Of a stretch of DNA of 64,000 bases, positions 56,107 through 64,000 are shown piece after piece. The first letter of the stretch is position 1; each line of letters opens with the position of its first letter. The notes beneath the pieces were generated by a model. It saw only the letters and a program-made list of their open reading frames with translations. It made no database searches and was not told where the DNA came from. Source of the DNA: Thermomicrobiales bacterium (lineage in GTDB: Bacteria; Chloroflexota; Chloroflexia; Thermomicrobiales; UBA6265); the NCBI GenBank assembly GCA_035708745.1, contig DASTFJ010000169.1, positions 4,534 through 68,533 of the forward strand, read 5' to 3'. Both the position numbers and the translations under genes were made by a program.

Positions 56107-57006
56107 TCAGTCCTCTCCGCGCAGAAAGCCGGGCTGAAGGTAGGCCGGATTCGGGTGGTCGTAGAAGCCCGTGCCGGATTTTTCTCCCAGCTCTCCGGCA
56201 GCGACTTTGCGCGCCAGGGTCGGTGAAGGCGTGTCGGTGGGATCGAGGGAAACGATCTGATAGCTGGTTTCGATATCGGAGACGACGTCGAGTCCCACCA
56301 TGTCCATGACGCCGAAAGGGGCGTATTCGGTCTGGAAGAACATCATCCAGAGCCGGTCGACATCCTCGGGCGAGGCTACGCCCTCGTCGATGACTCGCAA
56401 TGATTCGCGTTTGACCGCCCGCCAGATGCGGTTGATGATGAAACCCTTGCTCTCGCCATTGACGACGGCAGTGACCAGACCGAGCGAGATCCCGAAGCCG
56501 TACATCGACTGCATGACCTCGTCGCTGGTGACGCCGCAGGTCATCAGCTCCAGCATCGAGCGAATCCAGATCGGCGCGAAGAAATGGGTGTTCAGCAGCC
56601 GCTCCGGTCGTTCGACCGCCGGCGCGATCAGGGATGAGGGGATCGACGATGAGTTCGTGCTCAGGATTGCAGGCGTCATACGCGAGAGCTCGGAGAAGAC
56701 CGCCTGTTTGACCCCCAGCTCTTCCCGGACGGCTTCGATCACCAGATCGGCGCCGTCCACGGCTTCAGCCATCGAGACGGCGGCCGAAAGCCGGCCGAGC
56801 GCGGATCCCAGCTCGGCCGCGTCGATCCCGCGCGCTTCGCCCAGACCAGGAAAGATTTCGCTTTCGGCGCGGCTCATTCCCCCGGCAAGCGCCTGATCCG
56901 ACGCGTCCCACAGACGCACCGTGCGTCCCGATAGGGCGGTCAATGAGGCGATTTGCGCTCCCATCGTGCCCGCCCCGATGACGGCGACCTTGCCAATCTC
57001 GATCAT
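56107..57006 (-). CDS. 3-hydroxyacyl-CoA dehydrogenase (NAD-binding)
   Basis: Start at ATG 57006 (MIEIGKVAVIGAGTMGAQIA Rossmann), with 3HCDH N and C domains. The ORF-track N-terminal 43 aa were removed. Confidence 0.85.
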   Translation of the reverse strand: MIEIGKVAVIGAGTMGAQIASLTALSGRTVRLWDASDQALAGGMSRAESEIFPGLGEARGIDAAELGSALGRLSAAVSMAEAVDGADLVIEAVREELGVKQAVFSELSRMTPAILSTNSSSIPSSLIAPAVERPERLLNTHFFAPIWIRSMLELMTCGVTSDEVMQSMYGFGISLGLVTAVVNGESKGFIINRIWRAVKRESLRVIDEGVASPEDVDRLWMMFFQTEYAPFGVMDMVGLDVVSDIETSYQIVSLDPTDTPSPTLARKVAAGELGEKSGTGFYDHPNPAYLQPGFLRGED

Positions 57007-57173
57007 GTTTTGCCCCCAAGATTCGTCGACCAATCGTTGCGGCAGTATAGGGGTGGCTTGCCAGTGGGTCGGGGCCGTGATAGGGTGAAATCGAACGTCT
57101 CGCACACGACTGTGCGCCGGCCAATGTGCCTGCATCTCGGATAGCCGGCGACAGGGATAGGGGAACAGGGAAC

Positions 57174-57893
57174 GTGGAACAGCTCGATCTCGAATTAGAT
57201 GAGCGCTCGAACCGGCGGCGATTTCTGCGCCATGCCGGGCTGGGCACGATTGCGTTTGCGCTGCTTGCCAGCGGCCGGGTAACCAGCGCGCTCGCGCAAG
57301 GTTCTGAAAGCGACACGACCGGTGGCACCAATACCGGCGGTGGCGGCTCGGGTGGTGGCGCCGATGGCGGCTCCAGCACCGGCGGCGATGGCACCGGTGG
57401 CGACGGTGGCGGCGGCGACGCCGGTTCGGGCGGCACCGACGGTGGCAGCACGACTGGCGGCGGCAATGTCGGTGGCGACGGCGGCGGCGCTGACGGCGGC
57501 TCGGCTACTGGCGGCGACGGCAACGGCGCGGATGGCGGCACGGCCAATGCTGGAAGTGGCGCCGGCGGTGGCGGTGGCGCGGGTGGCAACGGCGGGGATG
57601 GCGGCGGCGCCGCATCCGGCGATGCCGTAGGCGGCAATGGCGGAGACAGCGGTAGTTCGGGCAACTCAGGTGGCGGGAGTGCCGGCGGAAGTTCCGCGGG
57701 TGGTGGCTCGTCGTCCGGGGGGAGCTCGGTCGGTGGCGCATCGGGCTCCGGCGGATCTGGGGCTGTCAGCAGCGCTGGAGCCGGCGGCAGCGGCGATCCG
57801 GGGGCAACGACGACGAACATCAATGTTGCCGATGCAGAGCCATCTCTTCGCGCGGCGGCCGAAAGAATCTGGTCGAAAATCGCTCCGTTCTAG
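57174..57893 (+). CDS. Tat-signal glycine/aspartate/serine-rich low-complexity secreted protein (PGRS-like)
   Basis: GTG 57174 is in frame with ORF-track 57126. Twin-arginine signal SNRRRFLRHAGLGTIAFALLASGRVTSALAQG, then about 190 aa of GGxGGxGG/GGDGxG units, then a unique 35-aa tail. A terminator follows. The mirror proline-rich ORF on the minus strand is judged spurious. Confidence 0.6.
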   Translation: MEQLDLELDERSNRRRFLRHAGLGTIAFALLASGRVTSALAQGSESDTTGGTNTGGGGSGGGADGGSSTGGDGTGGDGGGGDAGSGGTDGGSTTGGGNVGGDGGGADGGSATGGDGNGADGGTANAGSGAGGGGGAGGNGGDGGGAASGDAVGGNGGDSGSSGNSGGGSAGGSSAGGGSSSGGSSVGGASGSGGSGAVSSAGAGGSGDPGATTTNINVADAEPSLRAAAERIWSKIAPF

Positions 57894-57924
57894 TCGGAGC
57901 AATTTACAAGCACTGAAATGAATC

Positions 57925-57960
57925 GCGGGGCGTCCGATCGGATGCCCCGCATTGTTTTTG
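57925..57960 (+). terminator. Rho-independent terminator
   Basis: GCGGGGCGTCCGA / TCGGATGCCCCGC (57925-57950, one G-U pair), followed by ATTGTTTTTG. Confidence 0.7.
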
Positions 57961-58010
57961 CTCTGAATCCCAGTGGAGTGTCTGGGGGTGTTTGCGGACC
58001 TCGTCACATA

Positions 58011-58089
58011 GGTGTCGTGCAGGATCTCCGTGTCCTGCTGTGACTGGGAACTGCGTCTCACGCGGGAGAGGGACGTCCTGCACGACACC
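58011..58089. repeat. Family A palindromic intergenic element (14-bp perfect terminal inverted repeat)
   Basis: GGTGTCGTGCAGGA (58011-58024) and TCCTGCACGACACC (58076-58089). Inner pairing is TCTCC (58025-58029) with GGAGA (58065-58069). Partial copies at 22480-22492 and 59419-59436. Confidence 0.65.
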
Positions 58090-58177
58090 AGATCCGCGCT
58101 CGTAATGAGGTTGCAATCACGCCATAGAACAACTCGCTGGGTGGCTTCGATCGGTCCGCGGGCAGCTCCGAAGAGAG

Positions 58178-58229
58178 ATCCTTCGCTTCGTTCAGGATGA
58201 CGATGCGGTGTAGCGTTCAGGATGACAGG
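58178..58229. repeat. Family B intergenic repeat, two direct copies of CGTTCAGGATGAC
   Basis: ATCCTTCGCTTCGTTCAGGATGAC (58178-58201) and GCGTTCAGGATGACAGG (58213-58229). Confidence 0.55.
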
Positions 58230-58240
58230 CAGGGAGGGGG

Positions 58241-59272
58241 CTACCCAAGTCGTATGGGACCACCGGCCACCGCCGACGCTTCGACTCCGCAGAGGATTTC
58301 GGTATTGGCGAGGCCGTCGGTTAGCGAGATGAATGGTTGGGTGTCGCTCAGGACACAGTCGACGAAGTATTGGATGCTCTGCAGCGTAAAACCGTAGCGA
58401 GCGCCCCGGATGTCGAGCTGGGTAAGGTAGTCGAGTCGTTGGTGCGCCCCGGCTGAGGTGTACATCTCGTTGACTTCGGGCGCCTGAAGCTGTGTGTAGT
58501 AAACGCCGTTTTCGGCGACGATCTCGCTGCGAAAGTCGCCAAAGCCGGGGAGACTCTCAGGGAGAATCCAGGCGTTTTCGATCACGCCAATGCCGCCATT
58601 CTCGAATTTCAGGATCGACACCCACACATCGGGGATGTCCAGTCCGCGCTTTTGCAAAACCCCGTATGTCCGCACGCCGGTGACCTCGACGACCTCGCAG
58701 CCGAAGAGCCAGCGCACGAGATCGGCCGAGTGACTCCCGAGGAACCAGAGCGAGGATGACTTCTCGGGCCAGGCCAGCATTTGCAGGGGAACGTTCAGCG
58801 TGTTGCTATGCCGCATGTAGATGTAGCGCGGCGATCCAAGTGGGCCATCCCCGAGCTGGCGTTTCGCTGAATCGAATTGCGGATTGAAGCGATTGTGAAA
58901 GTCGACCATCGCCAGAATGCCCGCCGCGTCCGCCGCGTCGCGAATCGACTTGGCGTCCTCGACTGTGGTGGCGAGCGGTTTTTCGATCAGCAGCGGTTTC
59001 TTCGCGTCGATAACGGCCATGGCCGGTCCGGTGTGAGCGAAATCCGGTGTGGCGACCGAGACCGCCTCGACTTCCAGGTCGGCGGCGAGCTCATCGGCGG
59101 TGGCGTAGGCGCGGTCGATGCCGAACTCCTCGGCGAATGCGGTTCGCCGGGCTTCGTCGGTATCGCACACGGCCACCAGCCTGGCCGATGGATGGTCGCG
59201 ATAGGCCATCGCGTGGGTTCGGCCCCACAGTCCGGTGCCGATCAGTCCTGTTTTCAACTGCATGGTGGGCAT
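58241..59272 (-). CDS. Gfo/Idh/MocA family oxidoreductase
   Basis: N-terminal Rossmann LKTGLIGTGLWGRTHAMAY plus the C-terminal alpha/beta domain. 343 aa. Confidence 0.9.
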   Translation of the reverse strand: MPTMQLKTGLIGTGLWGRTHAMAYRDHPSARLVAVCDTDEARRTAFAEEFGIDRAYATADELAADLEVEAVSVATPDFAHTGPAMAVIDAKKPLLIEKPLATTVEDAKSIRDAADAAGILAMVDFHNRFNPQFDSAKRQLGDGPLGSPRYIYMRHSNTLNVPLQMLAWPEKSSSLWFLGSHSADLVRWLFGCEVVEVTGVRTYGVLQKRGLDIPDVWVSILKFENGGIGVIENAWILPESLPGFGDFRSEIVAENGVYYTQLQAPEVNEMYTSAGAHQRLDYLTQLDIRGARYGFTLQSIQYFVDCVLSDTQPFISLTDGLANTEILCGVEASAVAGGPIRLG

Positions 59273-59466
59273 ACCTCTATTCAGTGAGTCAATCGAGCCA
59301 GAGCGGCAGGACTTCTGAACGACGAGCGCGCGTCCGCGAGAAGCCTGCGCGTGAGAAGAGCACAGCCAAGGACCACGGTGTCCTCTTTTGGCATGGTGAC
59401 TAGCGAACGCAGAACAGAGACGTCCTGCACTACGCCCGGTATACCCTGGGCGTTTGCGGGCATGCC

Positions 59467-60534
59467 TTAGGCGATAGGCACTTCACCCAGGCTGGCGATC
59501 TGAGCGTCCGAATAGCCTGCCGTCTTTAGCGGGGCGATGACGTCTTCGGTCAGATCGGGCACATAGCAGACGATCAGGTCGGCTGCGCCTGACGGCTCGA
59601 TGGTGAATTCGCCGAGCGCGGCGGGAATGACGCACGAGGTCGCGCGATCGAGGGTGAATGTGCCCCCGGCATGCCGCAGATGGACGGGCTCGCCGACGCA
59701 GGAGATCGTCAGGCAGCGGCCCGGATGCGCGGGTTCGATGTGGGGTTCCCGCAGCGTCCAGCGTTCCAGGACGAAATGCGGGCCGGCGCAGCCGTAGCGG
59801 TAGCTGTTCTTGCCGCGCTGAATCGTAAGCCCGGGATTGGGAACCGGAAGATAATCCCGCTTGAGCTCGGCAAGGGTCTGGGCGATATTGGCATCCCATT
59901 CCGCTTCGGGATATAGATTGCCGAGCAAATCGACCGGCATCACGTTCTGAGCCAGATCCGAGGTCTGCTGGATCTCGAAGATCAGGGTGTTCGGTCCGAA
60001 GGAGTGGAGGATGCCGCCCGGCACATAGACCGTATCGCCGGGGGCGATCGGATAGGAATACATGACGGCGTCGTAATCCTGGCGTTTGAAGGCCGCGATC
60101 AGGTCATCGTCGGTAGCGCCAGCTTTGATTCCCGCCAGAATGGACGCGCCGGGCTCCGCCCAGAGAATGTGCCAGGCTTCGCTCTTGCCGTTCGGCTCGG
60201 CGTAGACCGCCGCGGCTGTTTCGTCGTCGGCGTGGAGATGCACCGGCAGCATGTTCGAGGCATCCAGAAACTTGGCGAGCATTGGAAAATGGGGGCCGTT
60301 CCAGCCGGTTCCGACCACTTCTTCCGGATACTCCATAACGACATCGTGGAACGCGCGGCCTTTCAGCTCGCCGTTCAGGATCGTGGCACGGGCGTCCTTT
60401 TGATCGCTGACCTCCCAGGTTTCGGCCACGATGCCATCCGGCAAGCCGGTCTTGCCGAGCATGTCGGGGATCAGCCGCTCGCCGAAGGCGTAGGTGCGAA
60501 CATGATAGGAAAGGCGAAGGGGATACCAGTTCAA
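59467..60534 (-). CDS. Class I mannose-6-phosphate isomerase-like cupin
   Basis: Bacillus-type PMI layout: YPLRLSYHVRTYAFGE..., ETWEVSD, LPVHLHADD, GKSEAWHILWAEPG, GDTVYVPGGILHSFG. Confidence 0.75.
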   Translation of the reverse strand: MNWYPLRLSYHVRTYAFGERLIPDMLGKTGLPDGIVAETWEVSDQKDARATILNGELKGRAFHDVVMEYPEEVVGTGWNGPHFPMLAKFLDASNMLPVHLHADDETAAAVYAEPNGKSEAWHILWAEPGASILAGIKAGATDDDLIAAFKRQDYDAVMYSYPIAPGDTVYVPGGILHSFGPNTLIFEIQQTSDLAQNVMPVDLLGNLYPEAEWDANIAQTLAELKRDYLPVPNPGLTIQRGKNSYRYGCAGPHFVLERWTLREPHIEPAHPGRCLTISCVGEPVHLRHAGGTFTLDRATSCVIPAALGEFTIEPSGAADLIVCYVPDLTEDVIAPLKTAGYSDAQIASLGEVPIA

Positions 60535-60623
60535 GTCGAGACGCTCCTTGGTCCAGCGGCGCCGTGCGTCCGGCGCTCGATCGCGTCAGAATAGCGCGGC
60601 AATGTGGGAGGCGCGAAACAACT

Positions 60624-62066
60624 ATGAACGAAGTCGTTCTCGGAGTGGATTCGAGTACGCAATCGACCAAAGTGGTCGCGGTCGATCTCACCAGCGGACG
60701 CATCGTGGCGGAAGGACGGGCGCCGCATTCCGGTGCGGATACGCAATGGCCGGGCGACTGGTGGGTTGCGTTGCGGGAAAGCATGAAGCCGATCGTCGAT
60801 ATGGGCCTGCGGGTCGCGGCGATTTCGGTCGCTGGGCAGCAGCACGGTCTTGTCACGGCAACTGCCACGGGCGATCCGATTTTACCGGCGCCACTCTGGA
60901 ATAACATCGATGCCGCTCCGGATGCCGAGCGTTTGAACCAGGAAGCCAATTTTGCTGCCGAGGTCGGCACACGACTGGTGGCGTCGATCACGATCGCGAA
61001 GGTGGCGCATCTGGCGCGCACGCGGCCGGGGGTGATGCCGTCGATCGAGGCGATCTGCCTGCCGCACGACTGGTTGACCTGGAAGCTGACCGGCAATCTC
61101 GTTACCGACCGGGGCGAGGCCTCGGGGTCGGGTTGGTGGAGTCCGATCTCCGAATCGCCGCAGCGTCATTTGCTCGAGCTTGCCGCGGGTGTCGGCTTTG
61201 CGTCCAGGGTGCGTATTCCCGACGTGCTGGGACCCGAAACCCCCGCGGGAGTGTTGACCCGTGATGCTGCTTCCTTTCTGGGATTGACGCCCGGAATCCC
61301 GGTTGGACCCGGGTCGGGTGACAACATGGGTGCCGCGCTGGGGATCGGCGCCGCGCCGGGGCACTACGTCGTCAGTTTGGGCACCAGCGGAACTGCCTAT
61401 GCCGTCTCGGACGAGCCGACGGCCGATCCGACTGGGGAGGTCGCGGGATTCGCCGATGCAACCGGACGGTATCTGCCGCTGGCCTGCATGTTGAATTGCA
61501 CCAGGGTGCTCGACATCGTGACGGGAGCGGCCGGGCTGTCGCTGGTCGACGGGCTCGATCGAGCCGGGCAGCTCGAACCGGGAGCGGATGGATTGCTGCT
61601 CATGCCCTATCTGGCGGGTGAGCGCACGCCGAATCTGCCCCGCGCCACCGGCTCGCTCTACGGGGTGTCGATGACCAATCTCGATCCGGGACGCCTGGCG
61701 CGCGCGGCGGTCGATGGGGTCGCGGCGGGGATTGCGTATTGCCTGATCGCGCTTCGTCGCTTGACGATCGACGAGCCAGGGATCGTGCTGGTCGGCGGCG
61801 GAAGCGCGCACGCCACCTGGCAGCAAGCGATTGCCGATGCCACGCAGCTTCCGGTGACCGTGCTGGGCGGACGGGAGCATGTTGCGCTTGGAGCGGCGAT
61901 TCAGGCAGCCGCCATCGTGACCGGTCAACCCGTCGCCGAGATTTCCGATCGGTGGCGGCCCGGAGTGGCGACGGTTGCGCATCCGCGCGCCGATTTCGCC
62001 GACCGGTTTCGACTGGACGAGCGTCAAGCGTTGATCGATGTCGAACGGGCGCGGGCGGCGATCTGA
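60624..62066 (+). CDS. xylB: Xylulokinase-like FGGY kinase
   Basis: Start at ATG 60624. N-terminus VLGVDSSTQSTKVVAVD (xylulokinase-type DSSTQ), with FGGY N and C domains. Confidence 0.8.
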   Translation: MNEVVLGVDSSTQSTKVVAVDLTSGRIVAEGRAPHSGADTQWPGDWWVALRESMKPIVDMGLRVAAISVAGQQHGLVTATATGDPILPAPLWNNIDAAPDAERLNQEANFAAEVGTRLVASITIAKVAHLARTRPGVMPSIEAICLPHDWLTWKLTGNLVTDRGEASGSGWWSPISESPQRHLLELAAGVGFASRVRIPDVLGPETPAGVLTRDAASFLGLTPGIPVGPGSGDNMGAALGIGAAPGHYVVSLGTSGTAYAVSDEPTADPTGEVAGFADATGRYLPLACMLNCTRVLDIVTGAAGLSLVDGLDRAGQLEPGADGLLLMPYLAGERTPNLPRATGSLYGVSMTNLDPGRLARAAVDGVAAGIAYCLIALRRLTIDEPGIVLVGGGSAHATWQQAIADATQLPVTVLGGREHVALGAAIQAAAIVTGQPVAEISDRWRPGVATVAHPRADFADRFRLDERQALIDVERARAAI

Positions 62067-63559
62067 CCCAGACGATGGAAATCGTCCCGGAGCGCCCGAT
62101 AGGTATGCTGAAATAACGGGAAGAGCTCGCGGTAGATCTCGACTGCCGCCGGATTTGGCACGATGCGAGGACCGATTCGGGCTGATCTGGCGGCGCCTTC
62201 GGCGAGATCGAACCAACCCAACGATGCGCCGGCCACGATCGCCGCACCCATGGCCGATCCTTCCGATTCTTCCAGCGGATCGACCGGCAGGTCGAACACA
62301 CTGGCGACGATCTCGGTCCAGGTCCGGCTGCGCGCGCCACCGCCGGCGAGCACGATCCGTTCCGGCGATCCGCCCAGCTCTTGCAGAACCGAGAAGGCGT
62401 CGAGCAGGGAGAAGGCCGCGCCTTCCATGACCGCCCGGCTCAGCTCGGCCGGACCGTGTTGCGCGCGCAGTCCGATGAAGGCGCCCGATGCCTCCGGGTC
62501 CATATGCGGGGTGCGTTCGCCATTGAGGTAGGGGAGGAAGACGATGCCGTCCGCGCCGGGCGGTACGGCGGCAACCGACGATTCGAGGGGAGCGGCGCTG
62601 TTTGCCAGGAGCTCTTCTCGTAGCCAGCGGAGTGCTCGACCAGAAGCCAGGGTGGCTCCCATCTGATACCAGCCCGGTAGCGCAGAACCAGGCGACGCGA
62701 GACTGCACCAGGTGTGGATGCGGCCACGCGGGTCGACGACGGGCTGCGTTGCCGGCAGGATGGCTTGCGAGCCGGTGCTGATGGTGAGAAGCAGGGTATC
62801 GCTCGTCGTGGCGGCCGCCGCCAGTGCGGCGAGTGGCGCATCGGCCCCGCCGCCGGCGATCGGGATATTCGTGGGAAGTCCCAAAGCTGTTGCCGCTTCG
62901 CTGGTCAGGTCGCCGGTTATCTTGGTCGATTCCATTACCTGAGGCATCAGGGATCGGTCGAGGCCAATGGCGACCAGGATTTCGTTCGACCAGTTGCGCG
63001 TACGGATGTCGAACAAGAGGGTGCTCGAGGCATCGCTCGGCTCGGTGACCAAATCTCCGGTCAGCCGGAAACGAAGGTAGTCGCCCGGTAGGAGCACCGC
63101 GCGGGCCGCTGCGAGTGCGGCCGGTTCGTGTTCGAGCAGCCAGGCCAGGGTAGCCGCCTGAAAGCCGGTCGCCAAGGCGCTGCCGCAGAGCTCGATGATA
63201 CGGTCCGCGCCGATCTGCTTAGTGAGCGAGCGCACCTGGTCGGCGCTGCGGCGGTCCTCCCAGATGATTGCAGGGCGGACCGGCCGGCCGGCCGCGTCCA
63301 ACAGGACAGTTCCGTGCATCTGCCCGCTGATGCCGATCGCGGCGATCTCGGGCGAGCCTGCCGCGGTCAGCGCGGACCGCGCCGCTTCGACTGACGCATG
63401 CCACCACCGGTCCGGGTCCTGTTCGGCCCAGCCGTCGTGCGGGCGCTCGACCGGGTAGGGAGCGGCACCGGAAGCGAGCACGCGACAATTGGAATCGACG
63501 ATCAGCGCTTTGACCGATCCGGTGCCCAGATCGAGAGCGAGCAGCGCGAGGTCGGTCAT
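62024..63559 (-). CDS. FGGY-family carbohydrate kinase
   Basis: N-terminus LALDLGTGSVKALIVD, 511 aa. The 3' end overlaps the convergent xylB-like gene by 43 nt. Confidence 0.85.
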   Translation of the reverse strand: MTDLALLALDLGTGSVKALIVDSNCRVLASGAAPYPVERPHDGWAEQDPDRWWHASVEAARSALTAAGSPEIAAIGISGQMHGTVLLDAAGRPVRPAIIWEDRRSADQVRSLTKQIGADRIIELCGSALATGFQAATLAWLLEHEPAALAAARAVLLPGDYLRFRLTGDLVTEPSDASSTLLFDIRTRNWSNEILVAIGLDRSLMPQVMESTKITGDLTSEAATALGLPTNIPIAGGGADAPLAALAAAATTSDTLLLTISTGSQAILPATQPVVDPRGRIHTWCSLASPGSALPGWYQMGATLASGRALRWLREELLANSAAPLESSVAAVPPGADGIVFLPYLNGERTPHMDPEASGAFIGLRAQHGPAELSRAVMEGAAFSLLDAFSVLQELGGSPERIVLAGGGARSRTWTEIVASVFDLPVDPLEESEGSAMGAAIVAGASLGWFDLAEGAARSARIGPRIVPNPAAVEIYRELFPLFQHTYRALRDDFHRLGQIAARARSTSINA

Positions 63560-64000
63560 GGTCCAGTAGCCTCGCCGGCCAGATCGACTACCTGATCGTA
63601 GATCGCATGATTGAGCGGCTTCAGCGTCGCATAGAGCTGCTTGTAGACGTTTTGGAAGAAGTCTTCATAGAATGCCGCGGCGTCTGGATTGGGCTCGATC
63701 GTGTTGCTGTCTACTTCGACCGTGGCTTTCACGTCGGCGGCATCGCGATAGATGCTGGCGGCCAGACCACCCAGCAAGGCGCCGCCCAGTGCGGTCGCTT
63801 CGTGCAGTCCGAGGACATGGTGCGGCCGGTTGGTGACCGATGCCTTGATCCGCAGCAACAATTCGTTCCGGGAGCTGCCGCCGATGACGGTGATGTCCGG
63901 CAACGAAGCACTCCCGGCGAATTGGACCAGCGGCTCGATCGACATACGGGCTTCGTAGGCAATGCCCTCGTAGACCGAACGCACCATGGCCGCCTGGTCG
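63556..64000 (-). CDS. FGGY-family carbohydrate kinase, C-terminal part (gene continues beyond the right edge)
   Basis: The frame stays open upstream of the ORF-track Met (...DQAAMVRSVYEGIAYE...). FGGY_C motifs are present (VIGGSSRNELLLRIKASVTNRP, EATALGGALLGG). The stop overlaps the next gene's ATG (ATGA). Confidence 0.8.
   Translation of the reverse strand, partial: DQAAMVRSVYEGIAYEARMSIEPLVQFAGSASLPDITVIGGSSRNELLLRIKASVTNRPHHVLGLHEATALGGALLGGLAASIYRDAADVKATVEVDSNTIEPNPDAAAFYEDFFQNVYKQLYATLKPLNHAIYDQVVDLAGEATGP

Noticed and set aside
56765-57823. 352-aa minus-strand proline-rich ORF
   Set aside because: It mirrors the glycine-rich plus-strand gene. It runs out of frame into the 3-hydroxyacyl-CoA dehydrogenase gene, and its non-repetitive part is Arg-rich nonsense. 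The plus strand has a Tat signal and a terminator.
59345-59385. Hairpin AGGAC/GTCCT followed by CTTTTGG, as a plus-strand terminator
   Set aside because: The stem is only 5 bp, and there is no plus-strand gene or ORF upstream to terminate. On the minus strand it lacks a U-tract.

Overview
This is a 64-kb, GC-rich (roughly 63% by eye) bacterial chromosomal segment. It is densely coding, with about 57 CDS, and many neighbouring genes are joined by 4-nt ATGA/GTGA/TTGA stop-start overlaps. I found no rRNA, tRNA, CRISPR array, transposase, integrase or phage gene. The protein repertoire and the intergenic repeats suggest a high-GC lineage, possibly Chloroflexota/Thermomicrobia-like, but that is only a guess. 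1-14 kb holds envelope genes: polyprenyl synthase, two LGFP/SH3-decorated L,D-transpeptidases, a membrane-anchored PQQ-like beta-propeller with a roughly 440-aa P/T/S/A linker, an unassignable secreted protein followed by a UbiA-type decaprenyl-phosphate phosphoribosyltransferase, and pyrD. 14-22.5 kb holds recJ, lon, a LOG-family gene, DUF1684 and murI. 22.5-33 kb is an 11-gene co-directional minus-strand block: BtpA/SgcQ, FGGY kinase, sugar ABC importer, clan GH-J hydrolase, Fe-ADH, a small wHTH-like protein, a metal-site-less cyclase-family protein and DUF362. 33-39 kb holds prfA-prmC fused by overlaps to a sulfite-oxidase-like Mo enzyme and a PNPOx-like protein, plus an orphan DppC-like permease with an M55 D-aminopeptidase, and thpR. 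39-64 kb holds pheA with a possible MqnA-like protein, cysK, a MoaD-MoaE fusion, thiolase, moeA, rel, pfkB, lgt, a catalytically degenerate ArgH-like protein, hflX, purM, an orphan MglA-like GTPase, a Tat-signal Gly/Asp/Ser-rich protein, and a second sugar cluster with three adjacent FGGY kinases. No classic defence or mobile island is visible. The best novelty candidates are the distal Fe-ADH/wHTH/degenerate-cyclase/DUF362 module of the 11-gene block, the degenerate ArgH paralog coupled to lgt, the orphan MglA-like GTPase coupled to purM, the Tat-exported PGRS-like glycine-rich protein, the MoaD-MoaE fusion next to cysK, and several dispersed intergenic repeat families, including a GCAGTCA heptamer microsatellite in an operon promoter region. 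All functional calls come from motif recognition by eye. No database search was run.
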